NCBI RefSeq assembly: GCF_036321535.1
Contig: NC_087437.1
Span: forward strand, 95,854,001 to 95,918,000
DNA: 64,000 nt
Origin: Camelus dromedarius
Taxonomy: Eukaryota
Reading direction: 5' to 3'
The notes below the pieces were generated by a model. That model did not search any database. It was not told where the DNA came from and was given only the letters and a program-made list of their open reading frames with translations. Shown here piece by piece: positions 12,910 through 23,810 of this stretch. The translations under genes were made by a program, and so were the position numbers. The stretch's first letter is position 1, and every line of letters begins with the position of its first letter.

Positions 12910-13420
12910 ACAAGTCCTACTCATGTAAAAAGTCAAAAATAATTCAACTTCCTGTCCCAAACTACCTTCCAGATTCCCCAGAGGCAGTCATTGTTATCAG
13001 CTACTTGTGTCTTTTTCCAGAGATATTTTATAGGTAAACAAACATATACATAAAAATATCTCCTTACATACATGGTATTGGACTATATATTAAATTCTAA
13101 CCAATGAAAATGAAAGAGCTGTAGGATTTTTGTACATACAAATTAACTTTGATTTATAAGCCGGATTTTAACTATGACTCACATTTGACCATTTAGCCCA
13201 TGTTCCTGGGATGCATTAATCTTGGGTGTACAAATAGGGACACATTATAATTCATGCGTGACCTTACTTTGTGAAGTTTTGCTTAGGCTGAACTTCAGCA
13301 CTTTTAGTTCCCTTTATGTCTCTTCCACATATTTTTTGGATTCCCTATGTGATGTCTCAAGCTGTTTTTGAATACAAGTTTTTTCAGATTCTCTTGTCAA
13401 TGTACAGTCTGCAGACTTAC

Positions 13421-13713
13421 GTCAACTCTCAGAGAAGCTGAGTGAGGCATTTGGATATTTCTTCTATTGCTCACAAATAGGTCTATTTTCCACCCCAGCT
13501 CCCCATTAAGGATCTCAGTTGCTGCCACACACAGCTCTCGGGCATTACTGCTCTTCAGAAGCAAGGCTAGTTTTCTGAAGCTCTCAACACAGCCAGGCTG
13601 TGTGCAGTGTTTTGCACAGAACTGAGAAAACACTGATTCTCCTTTTGGTTTCTCACGGGCTCTCTTTGCCAACCACCCAGCCTCCCTCCGGATTCAGTCA
13701 GTCACTAAGCACT
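13421..13713 (-). other. Candidate non-coding first exon (~293 nt)
   Basis: Starts at TTAGT initiator 31 nt from TATAAAA and ends at donor GAC|GTAAGT (13420-13415); unique sequence, only short uORFs once spliced. Confidence 0.5.
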
Positions 13714-13850
13714 AATCACAGCATGTGGCGTTTCTTTTTTTATAATTAGAAAAGAAGAGTCCTGCATATCCAGAGCATCGCTGTTAGGTGTCACCTATGG
13801 GCTCGATTCTCCTTTTCCTTAGGGGGAGCTGTGTTGGGAGGGGGCGGGGC
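13711..13850 (-). promoter_or_regulatory. Candidate Pol II core/proximal promoter
   Basis: TATAAAA (minus, 13744-13738), Inr-like TTAGT (13715-13711), palindrome TAGGTG-T-CACCTA (13785-13797), GC box GGGGCGGGGC (13841-13850). Confidence 0.55.
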
Positions 13851-14803
13851 AGGGAGGGTATATAGACCCTCCCACAGACAAGCTCTGTACACGAAATAAG
13901 CTCTCCTCACTAGGCTGTTAGTCTAGTCTGTGACACTTGAGATAAACACAATTTATGTTAAAAACTAAATTTCCTGATTTGTAAGTTTCATATACGTCTC
14001 CTTACCTGGCACTATTTGATAAAAGGGAAGAAGAGAACCATCCACGACAGCTTTGGCCACTCCTCCCCACTTCCCTTCCCACCTTTGGTTATGTCTCAGG
14101 GAATTGCTAGGTGTTTCTTCTCTTGCTAGATGTTCAGATGTAGACTACTTAGTCTCTTGTTTTGCAATAGCAAGACAGATTTCATTGTTACTCTCGTACA
14201 CACCACCCCAGGATGTCTTGGCTTTCATGGCAATCTAAGGTAGCATTTCCCAGAGTTATTTATCTACGCAGCAGTTTTGAAATCGTAACATTTTGGTGGA
14301 ATGCTAGCGAAGACTTTGAGTTATAATGGTTGCATCTAGCATTACTATACTTAGCATACATACCAACTTGCACTTTAAGTAAGTTTTCCATTAAGCAACA
14401 ATTAAAAATAAGTTTTCAATTAAGTTTTCTATTTTGGTGATATTAGTCTAATTCTTGTTTCATTGGGGGTAGAGTAAGCCAGTTTTTTTTTCTCTTTCAT
14501 GTATCTTTCCAGCCTTACACTTTCAAAATATAGCTATAAAGTTTATAGCTCCAGGAATGGAGAATCCTTCCTACAACAGAAAGGCGTTTAGCTTTGTTTT
14601 ACAGCTCCTTATTGTGAGTTATAGAAAAATAATAGTATCTGTAACTTATATTCCATATCAAAAACCAATCCTATCAAACAAGCACACCAAGGTTTACTGT
14701 TGGTCTGGATAACTTATCACATAGGGATGATGGAAAGCCCAGCCCTTCTGCCTAGAGAAAACATGAGAAAAGGAATGAAAGGGAAAGAGATCACATGAGT
14801 CCT

Positions 14804-15287
14804 TGTTACTGAGTCCAAACTGATTTTGCTCACCATACTACAGGCAAATAAATTGAGAGACAGGGTGTTGGCAAGGAATAACGACTTTATTTGGAAAGCC
14901 AGCAGACCTAGAAGCTGGCAGATTAATGTCCTGGAGAAACATCTTACCCAAGTCAGAATTCAGATTTCTTTTATACTAAAAGTTGTTGCAAACTTCTTGG
15001 TTTGGGAATCCTTTATTCTTGCAGCTGTTCACATAGGTCAGGTCCCGATGTTCCTGTAAACCTCCAACAAGGCAGATGTTATTCTCTGTTCTGCACATTT
15101 TTATTTCTATATGAGTAGGAGAAGGTCAGAGCCTTGAGGATGGGCTACTCTGTATATTTCAGGCTATAGACAACATTCTTGTACAAAAGGTGCAGAACCA
15201 GCAAGACTAAACACAGGAAACAGAGCCCAGGGTTAGAGCTAAAGAAACAGATCTAATATGGAGTCAGATTTGTTCTTCCCTATTATA
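14804..15287 (-). mobile_element. ERV1-class solo LTR
   Basis: Starts tgttactgagtcc, ends tattata (decayed CA), perfect TSD tcct/tcct, AATAAA on minus near 14885. Confidence 0.88.
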
Positions 15288-15719
15288 TCCTAACTGCCCT
15301 TTTCTGAACAAAAGTGCTAGTGGGAAAAACCAAGTTAGCTTGGTTGATGAGAGAAACTAATAAAAAGGGGGAATTTTTGCCTTGTAGACTTCTGAGGACT
15401 CTTGGAACAAACTATGCTGCAGAAAACCTGCCTCCTCCCACTCCCCACACCAAACTGGGGAAGCGGCTTGACTGTAAAACACTAATTATCCCTGGTTAGA
15501 AATAGAGAGAAAGAGGAAGTTTTCGTCTAATTTCCTTATCTCCCATCTGAAGTTGGAAAGACTTAGAAATTCCCACCTGTTCTTCAGCAGAATTTACTTC
15601 TTTCAAGCTGCGCATGGGCGGGGCCTTGGCTGTGTCCCCCTGCACTGTTGATGTGATTTTGGCCATGGGCACCAGAGCGACATACTCTACTGGGAATCTA
15701 AAGAGGCTAAACCTGTCAT

Positions 15720-15738
15720 TGCCACAAGAGGGCTGTTT
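15720..15738 (+). promoter_or_regulatory. CTCF-like motif
   Basis: tgCCACAAGAGGGCtg versus the CTCF core CCASYAGRKGGCRS. Confidence 0.4.
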
Positions 15739-16139
15739 AGCAAAGATGACTGTAAGGGAGGTGAGAGAGACAGAGTGAACAGGCCCATGATGCAAGTACA
15801 GATGGAAACCCACATGCCATGTCCTTCATATTTAAAAACTATAAATAATGGTAACAAATTATGAGATGAAATGTGTTCTAGTGTCCTACCTTCACCACAA
15901 CCATGAAGATCACCTTTTGTTTGGAGTTCTAGGACTCCTTGGAGATCTGTACCAGATTGTAGCATGTAGGGGCAGCCAGCCCCGGCCGGCCTCTCCTCCC
16001 ACTCTCTTCTGCACACCATCCTGGCTCCTTCACCTTCTACAAAGCACCCCACACAGTGCTTGAGGACACCTCAGCCCACATGTCCAGACTGTATTCAGTC
16101 CTCCCAGCCACCCTCCCCTTGGCCACCCCTTGACCTAGA

Positions 16140-16635
16140 GATGCTATATTATGCGGCACAAATGTAGTGACTTAAAACATCTACATTTACATCTCATAGC
16201 TTCCCTGGGTTAGTAGTCAAGGCACAGCTTAGCCGGGTCCTCTGGGTGGTGTCAGTCTAACTGCAATCTTACCTGGAGGCTCGAGTGAGGAACTATCTGC
16301 TTCCATGTCCCCTCAGCACAATTCGTTTCCTTGAGGGTGTAGAATTCATGACTGACTTCTTCAAAGGCAACAGGAGAGTAAGACTCCATCATGAGTCTCC
16401 TAGCGAGCCCAAGTATTATATAACATGACATAATCATGGGAATGATACACTGTTACTTTTTCCTTTTAACATGATGTAGTCATAGAAGTGACATCCCATT
16501 ACCTTTGCCGTGTTCTGTTGTTGAGAAGCACTCACAAGTTCCCCTTACACTCCAGGGGGAGAAATGGGGATTATGGGAAGTAATAATACCAGGAGGCATT
16601 GATCACGGGGGAGATTTTAGAGTCTGTCTGCCCCA
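16140..16635 (-). mobile_element. MaLR LTR (MLT1D/E/F-like)
   Basis: agtgacttaaaaca...ggcacagcttagccgggtcctctg...gtgacatcccattacctttgccgtgttctgttg...ttttagagtctgtctgccc. Confidence 0.75.
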
Positions 16636-17549
16636 GGTGCATGCACGAGAGGTATGGACTGTCCTCAGAAGGATGGGCCAGGAGAGAAGGCTTGTGTCTA
16701 CTTAGGAAATGGGCTCAGAGCCCTTTTGACATCTTACATACTTGGTCTGTGTTTTGGAAGATGGGCACGTGTCCTCCAGGTTGTCCTGCCCCCTTAGCCA
16801 GATGACTCTACTCCAGGGAAGAGAGGCAGTCAGATTAAGGTCAGAGTGGAACCCTTTAAGATATAACATCCAATACAGAAACCTTTCTTTCCTGAGGTCT
16901 AGTCTTTCTGAGTCTAAAATTAGTACTGGCCATAACTTTGACCCACTCATACTTGGACCATGTGTGATATCCCTGGCCAAGGGGAAGATATAACCAGAAG
17001 GACCAGAGCCACCATCACTGAAGAGAACAGCCGAGACTCAGAGAGCAGCGGAAGGATTGCTCTGTAAAAGCAAGGCCCTCTGTTCCACTTCCATGAAGGT
17101 AAAAGGCAAGCTTTTTCACATGGCAAGATGGCATCTTAAGAAGGACATGATGGACGAGTGCAGCAAAGTGGAAGAGTCAGCATTTACCTGAAAGGGACTA
17201 TTTACAACTGAAAAGTAACTGCTTATACCAGAAAACACAGTGAGAAAATAAGTTGGTAAGTTAAAGTTTCTCCATGATCCAGTAGCTTGGGAAACACATG
17301 AGAAAAACCACGTCAGCTACAGAAAATTAAAAACTTTATTTTATTTGCATTTTTCATATGGCATGAATAAATACTTCAGTCTCACTCTATCAACCTTTAA
17401 ACTCAGAGCTTACAGCTTGCCATGTGGTTGGTAATTTCATCCTTATCCATTCTTGACTCTTTCCCAGGACCTGGGCTGTGCCAGAGGTCTTTTGCAAGAC
17501 CAAGTCTTATGCAAGACCAAGATATTTGAAATCTCCCTGCTGCTACTGG

Positions 17550-18490
17550 ATATTTGAATACATGTTTATTTGGCTCACTCTTCTCAATTCTTCTATGTCC
17601 AAGGCTATGTTTTCAGTACGGAATGTTTTTTTAAGATTTTCTCACTAATTCTTATTCTAATAGCTACTCTTCATTTGCTCTCTGTTTGTTGTGTTACTTT
17701 GTTCCTTTTATGTTCTGATATCCTTTCTAGTTTGTGTACGCAATTCCTCTTATTTTTAAGGGGTTTTATTCTGTCAGTATCAGCAATTTACTGAAAAATA
17801 AGACAGGAAAGAAGTATTTCTCAGATTACTTTCTTACCCCATTTATTCTGAGCACATGTACACACCATCATCCACACAGTGCTCTGAGCATTTGGGACAA
17901 AAAGGAAGTAAGCTTGGACCAGAGTGAGTCATTCTCTCATAGCTTTTCTCTCTGATGATCGTGTATTTCTGCAAGTCTCTTCAGTGGGTATGATCAGCTG
18001 TTGTGATTGTTTTCCTTTCACTCCCTCCCACATACAGACTTGTTCTTGAGAATATTTGCCAGTTTCTTAATTAGCTTCAGTCTCTGACTCTGCAGCATGA
18101 AATAAGGCTCACATATTTTACTGTAACTCATGCAGATCCTTAAACTTATCTTGAATAAGCAATCAGTCATCAACAGTGTAGGTCCCAGGGATTTTGGATC
18201 TGTGCTATCTGGTTTTGTGTATTAACCAATATAGCTGAAAATGCAGTCACAGACATAGACACAGACATAGATACATAGAGAGATGTAGTCTGCGCATCAT
18301 GCCACAAGTTGGTTCTGATGTCACCGTTCTTGGCAGCTGATTTATAGAATAGGGCTTGGAGTTGAGTTGACTTTTCATGTTTTCATTAAAGATAGAAAAT
18401 TCTTATTTGAATTTCATGCATTTTGTAGTTTTTATAGGTTTCAGACAAAAGAGTGAGATAGAAATGCCTTTACTCTGGCAGTTCCAAACA
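17550..18490 (-). mobile_element. Ancient L1M/HAL1 5' region, highly diverged
   Basis: T-rich reversed ORF1-like text ending gagtgagatagaaatgcctttactctg, like an old L1 5' terminus. Confidence 0.4.
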
Positions 18491-20559
18491 TATTTTTGCA
18501 TATATATATATATAATTTTTTTAAACCCATAGTTTTGGAGAAAAAAGATTTCCCTATAATGCCTTTTTTCATTTTTATGACCTTCATATTGACATCATAA
18601 AGGACCCTATTGTTTAGAAAATATTAAGGAGACTAAGTGGGCAGTCTGGAAGCCCCTGGTCTACACAAACTATCTGTAGTAAATGATGGGTTTAATATTC
18701 CCAGTGAGCCTGCATTGCCAGAAATTGGTTGGCCCTTGAATCATTCATAGTGAAGTCGTTTTTACGTAGCTACTGTTCTTAAGCACGTTCAATCTTTGAC
18801 CATATATACCTATTCTTGGTGATCTAAGAAGCAAAGTACAAGGAACTTGGAGGACTCTTCTCCCTAGTCATTCAAGAAAAAGCATGTTTTGAATATGCTT
18901 ACCTGGTCTTTTTTATCTTCAGTGAAAGGATGACACAATGCAGGGAAAATTTCTCTGCAGGATGTATGACAACAGTTAACCAAGGCTAAGGGTTTAGCGA
19001 GCCCCATGAGAAAACAGCAAATATTTCTGTTTCAAGTAATTTCTTTTTGAGATTGAATTTAAAGACATGAATACAAGGAACACAAAGTGCTATTTTAATT
19101 CAACTTATTTGGAACGTTTACTATTAACTTTTCATTTGTAGGGGACGTTAATTTTTATTCCTTGATATTGGTGTTACTACTCATTAAATTGAGTTAAGTG
19201 TCTATGCTGTGCTCTAATAATATATTAGAAGATAAATTTTACAATGATCATTCTCTTCTAACTCTTACAGACTGTTTACAATAATCTCTCCTCTTGCCTC
19301 AAAGTTCAAGAGACAGCAAATATTCACAACAATTCCTACTCCATTGTAGTATAATGCAGGATATTATATAGCACTAATACTTTCATGCTTTCAAATTAAG
19401 ATCTGACTTTAAATCCCATTTTTTATTATTTTACATGATCATGAAAAAAATAAAACCATATATGCTATAGTTTATGACCCCCATTTTAGAGATGAGGAAA
19501 TTAAATTTCAGAAGTATCAGGGAAGATCACATTGACAAGTGGCAGCAGCCTGTTTCTAAATAATCATGGTGGTGTAGAGTGTAAAGAAGGCTGTAAAGTT
19601 TGAACATTGTAGCTAGAAGGACTGATGTGGGAGAATGAAGCTCTGAACAAACGCCTTGTGAAAGACTTTCAAACACAGGCATAAGAAGTAGCTAGTAAGT
19701 TATTCCATTTTCTATTGTTAATAGATGCTGACTAGTTGTGTTGAGGATAGTGCTCTATTGCAAGCTTACATAAAAACTTACCATGTGAGGGACTTGTGTA
19801 TAAAGCAAGAATATTTCACTGAATTGTAGAAATCAAATTCTTAGGAGAAATCCTTATTTATAATCTTGCTGTTGGGTATAATTAGGCAAGGGCCAGGCTC
19901 CTCAGAGGATATGTTATTAATACGTTTTCTCAGTGCTTATAATGTTAAATTTCCCTGATGATAGGTTCCTTGGCTAACTTAAAAATATAATACTGAAAAG
20001 TATTTTACCTGACATACAGAAAGTTATAGCCTCTTAGAATGGCATCCTTTCTGTTCATAGAATTTAAACATATGGTCAGTTAAATTTTAGTGATTGATGG
20101 ATAGAAACAGGGCAGGGGAGGGAATAAAATATATTAAGCAAAAACAAAAACAAAAACAAACTTCTGCCCATTCCTCAGATTTTTGAAGGGTACAACATAC
20201 TTCTGAGTTTAATGAGTCTTGTGATCGTGAAACATACTAACAGTGCAGAATCATAATGAATTAGACGTGCTGCTGTACTTCTATTACGTAGCTATGGCTG
20301 TTATGTCAAACGGAAAGTCACAGCTTACATTTCTGCTGTTGAATATGTTCTTGTTCTGGCTGAATCATTGTCTCAGCTTGCGGAACTTGGGTTTATTATT
20401 CTCTAAAGCCTATTTTTGCTGCTACAACATTTATAGTTGACCATTTCCTCTTGAGAATGGCATAAAAAACCCAGCACTTTAAAGTAAGAGGTGATCTACT
20501 TAAAAGTGTTTATTCACTGTGGTTTTGACAGTTCTCCTAAATTTGAACTAAAAGAGCAT

Positions 20560-21102
20560 TGTATTAGTTTTCTATCGCTGCATGACAGCAGTGTACAACT
20601 TAGGAGCTTAAGGCAATACACGTATAATATCTTACAGATTCCTAGGTCAGGAATCAAGGTGCTTTTTAACTGGATCTTCTGGTTCCAGAAATATCACAAG
20701 GATGTAGTCATCTCAAGGCTCTTCTGTAGAGGATCTTAGCTGATGGTCTTTGGAGAATTCAGTCTTTCATGGAGCTGTTGCGCTGAGGCCTCAGTTCCTC
20801 CTAAGCCTTTGGCTAGAGGCCTACCTCCATTCTTGTCCTGTGAGCTTCCCCTTAAGGCTTCTTGCTTCATACTAGCAAGCTGGCAAGGAAAAGTACTATG
20901 AAGAGAGGATGCTAGCAAGATGGAAGTCACACTGTTTGTAACCTAGTCACAGAAGTAACATTTCATTTCTTCTGCCATACTCCATTGTCACAAGCAAGTC
21001 ACTAGGACCAGCTCACACTCAAGGCGAAGGAGTCACACGAGAGTGCAGGTGCTGCCAGGCAGATGAGGCTCACTGGGAGCCACCTGAGAAGGCTGCCTAC
21101 TG
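20560..21102 (-). mobile_element. MaLR LTR (MLT1E/F-like)
   Basis: tgtattagttttctatcgctg...gcaagatggaagtcac...aagcaagtcactaggaccagctcacactcaagg...gaaggctgcctac. Confidence 0.85.
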
Positions 21103-21769
21103 GAGACTGTATGTTTATAAGTTCCAGGAAAACAGAATTTGATTTCTTTTTTTTTGCATTTTACTTCTTTTTTCTTAATTTTAGACTATAAATAAAGCTG
21201 ATAATGCCAGCCGCCACCAACAAAAAGCTATAGTAAATGTTTCCCCTGTTTAAGCAAAGAGGCAAGTGTTATTGCACTGAAAGCAAAAGGAAAAGAAAAA
21301 AAGGTAGGGATTGTTTTGCAGTCTTGTGATTCCCATAGAAGGACAGGACTCTGAAATTTTATTTTCAAGAGATATGTATGCAATTCTATAAGCATGAGTT
21401 GTTTTCTCTCTTTTCATGTGACCTGAGATTTTGGAGGTTGATTTAGTTTAACGTATCACACAATTATAACACCGGTATAATATTTTACATATTATAAATA
21501 ATGCATGGGACCAAACTAGAAATAATAACTACTTGCTCTGAGTTTGATCAAAGGTTGTTTCACTGATACTGTGAAAAATACAGCTGAATTCCTGGCTCTG
21601 TAATTTTTTTGGAGCTCTTACTGGTTTATATATTGATTTCTTTGGATTTAGCCTGGGGATAAGATTAAGGGAGTAAAGACCAACATGGATTTTGTTCTCT
21701 TTTTCAAAAGCTTTCCAATGTAATTTGTATTAATATATGTTCTACCTTCCAAATGTTTTCAGAACTGTG

Positions 21770-22490
21770 CCAATGCCTCACTAGCTCTATTGCTACCACC
21801 TTGATTTAAGACACCACTGTTGCTCATATAGATTTTTGCAATCTCATTCTCATTTTTCTTGCTGATTCCATTCTCATGCTGTCCTCCTACAATCTAAGCT
21901 CAATAGAGCAGCTGCAGTAATCCTCTTAAAATGGAAGCCAAATTATATCACTTCTCTGTCAGAACCCTTCAGTGCCTTCTCCCCTCACTCAACGTGAAAG
22001 CCAAACACTTTCCAAGCCCCCAGGGCCCTCTGACTGGGCTGCCATCGGGCCTTGACAGCACCTTGTTATCTTGCTTCTTGATTATTGAGTTCAATAAACA
22101 GTTGCTTTCTTGCAGTTCCCTGGACACCCCAGGAATGGTCCAGTCTCTGCCTTGGCTACTCATTCTGCTTGGAAGGTGGTCTCCCAGATACTTCCTTAAC
22201 TTGCTCCATCATCTTTTCCAAATGGTCCCCAAATATTTCTCTTTACTTTTGTTATATGACTCTATTTAAAATTGAATATCCTGTCTACCTGGCTTTCTTG
22301 ATCCACATTCCCTGTTTTGATTTTTGGTTGTTTTTTTTTTTTTTTTTTCCTTCTAACTTTCAACATCAGTTAACTATTTTTCTGTTCTCCTTTCTAAGGA
22401 GTTACTGTTAGTTCTTTTTGCTTAGAGACCAAAATAGTGCCTGGTATATTCCATGGTAGGTGCTCAAGAAATTGTTTTTGAATAAAAATT
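21770..22490 (+). mobile_element. L2 LINE 3' fragment
   Basis: gcagctgcagtaatcctcttaaaatggaagccaaattatatcacttctctg...atagtgcctggtata...taggtgctcaagaaattgtttttgaat. Confidence 0.8.
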
Positions 22491-23639
22491 CCGATTTTTT
22501 CCCTTAGTAAAATTATTGGACTCGTGTTCAGCTTGTCCTACCTCTCATTCAAATAGAAAAAGTGCATTCCTCTATTTATTTACAACAACACTGTCATGCA
22601 AATTTTACTTTCTTGGTAATAAGCGTATGTAAAGACCTAAGTTTGCATATGGGCTCAGCTATTTCTAAATGCTGTGTGAATTATGTGGTCTGCCCTCTCT
22701 GAGATAACTCATATTCAACATATTGAAATAACAAATTCTGAGACTAAATATTCTGATTTTATTTTTAGTAATTTTGCTGCTGGCTCATAAAACTGTCTAT
22801 GGTGAGGGTGAGAATTTAATTTTTATTAGGCTTATCAATAATTAACACATAGTTAATTAAATTGCAGTGTCTCACACTGTATTTATTTGCCTGTTTTCTA
22901 CTATATGCAAAAGAACACACGTTTTCTGATCTAAAGGCTGGGAAAGAATTTTCTCCCTCTTTTCATTTATTTCATTCCTTTCTCAGATTTTCCATCAGCA
23001 AGTGAAAAGCAGGGCCTCTCACAGGTTGTTTATTTTTAAAGTCCTCTTAGTCTGTGCCACGACTTGGTTTAATTGTCTCATCCAAGTTCACCCTGTTCCT
23101 TGATCAGTGCTTTGGCAGGGAGGGTTTCTGGGAAAGATTAGGTCAAATCTAACAAGGTGAAATATAATCAAAACAGATGCAACATTCCAGTTTGGGTACA
23201 AAATCTTACTTAGATTCTGTAAGCCGTAAGTTACGTAATTTGACTTTTGTGATTTTAACTGGCAAGAAATTAACAATATAATATGGCTTCCCAAAAAAGG
23301 TAATTCCAAGCTTAATTTACACTAATGTCAGTATGATATACAGATTGCAAGAGATAGTAGGATTATGTCCTCCTCTACACAGAACAGTATAATTTGTTGG
23401 TTTTGTATGTCAGGAAGGCTAACAGCCTAGAGCAAATTAAGAAGAGAAGGTTTTACCACTGAGAGGGCTGTTTGATAATCTTGTGCTAGAGGTGAGGCAG
23501 TATTTGCAGCAGGCAGAGAACAATATAGAAACTGTCATCAAGGGGTGTTCTGGGGAAGAGAGTTTATAAGTTCTCTGTTCCTTGAAAGGTACAAAAAACA
23601 GTGAAAGAAGGTAACGGTTTCAGTTTTGATAAAAAGATA

Positions 23640-23810
23640 GCTCTTTTCACAATTAGAGCCTTTGGGAAATGAAATGTGTTGCTTAGTGAGGAAGTGAGGT
23701 CTACATAACAGGACGTGTCTGAGCAGAACTCCAGATGTTCAAGCATTCAGTGGGGCCTGAGGTTCATGATTGTCAGCTCCCTTCCAATCTTGAATGTCCA
23801 TGTTTCTTAA
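23640..23810 (+). mobile_element. L3/CR1 (or MIR3) 3' tail
   Basis: gtgaggaagtgagg...tcccttccaatcttgaatgtccatgtttct resembles the CR1 3' terminus. Confidence 0.5.

Noticed and set aside
13397..13672. 91-aa minus-strand ORF over the candidate first exon
   Set aside because: Begins at TTG, runs through the splice donor and resembles no protein I know.
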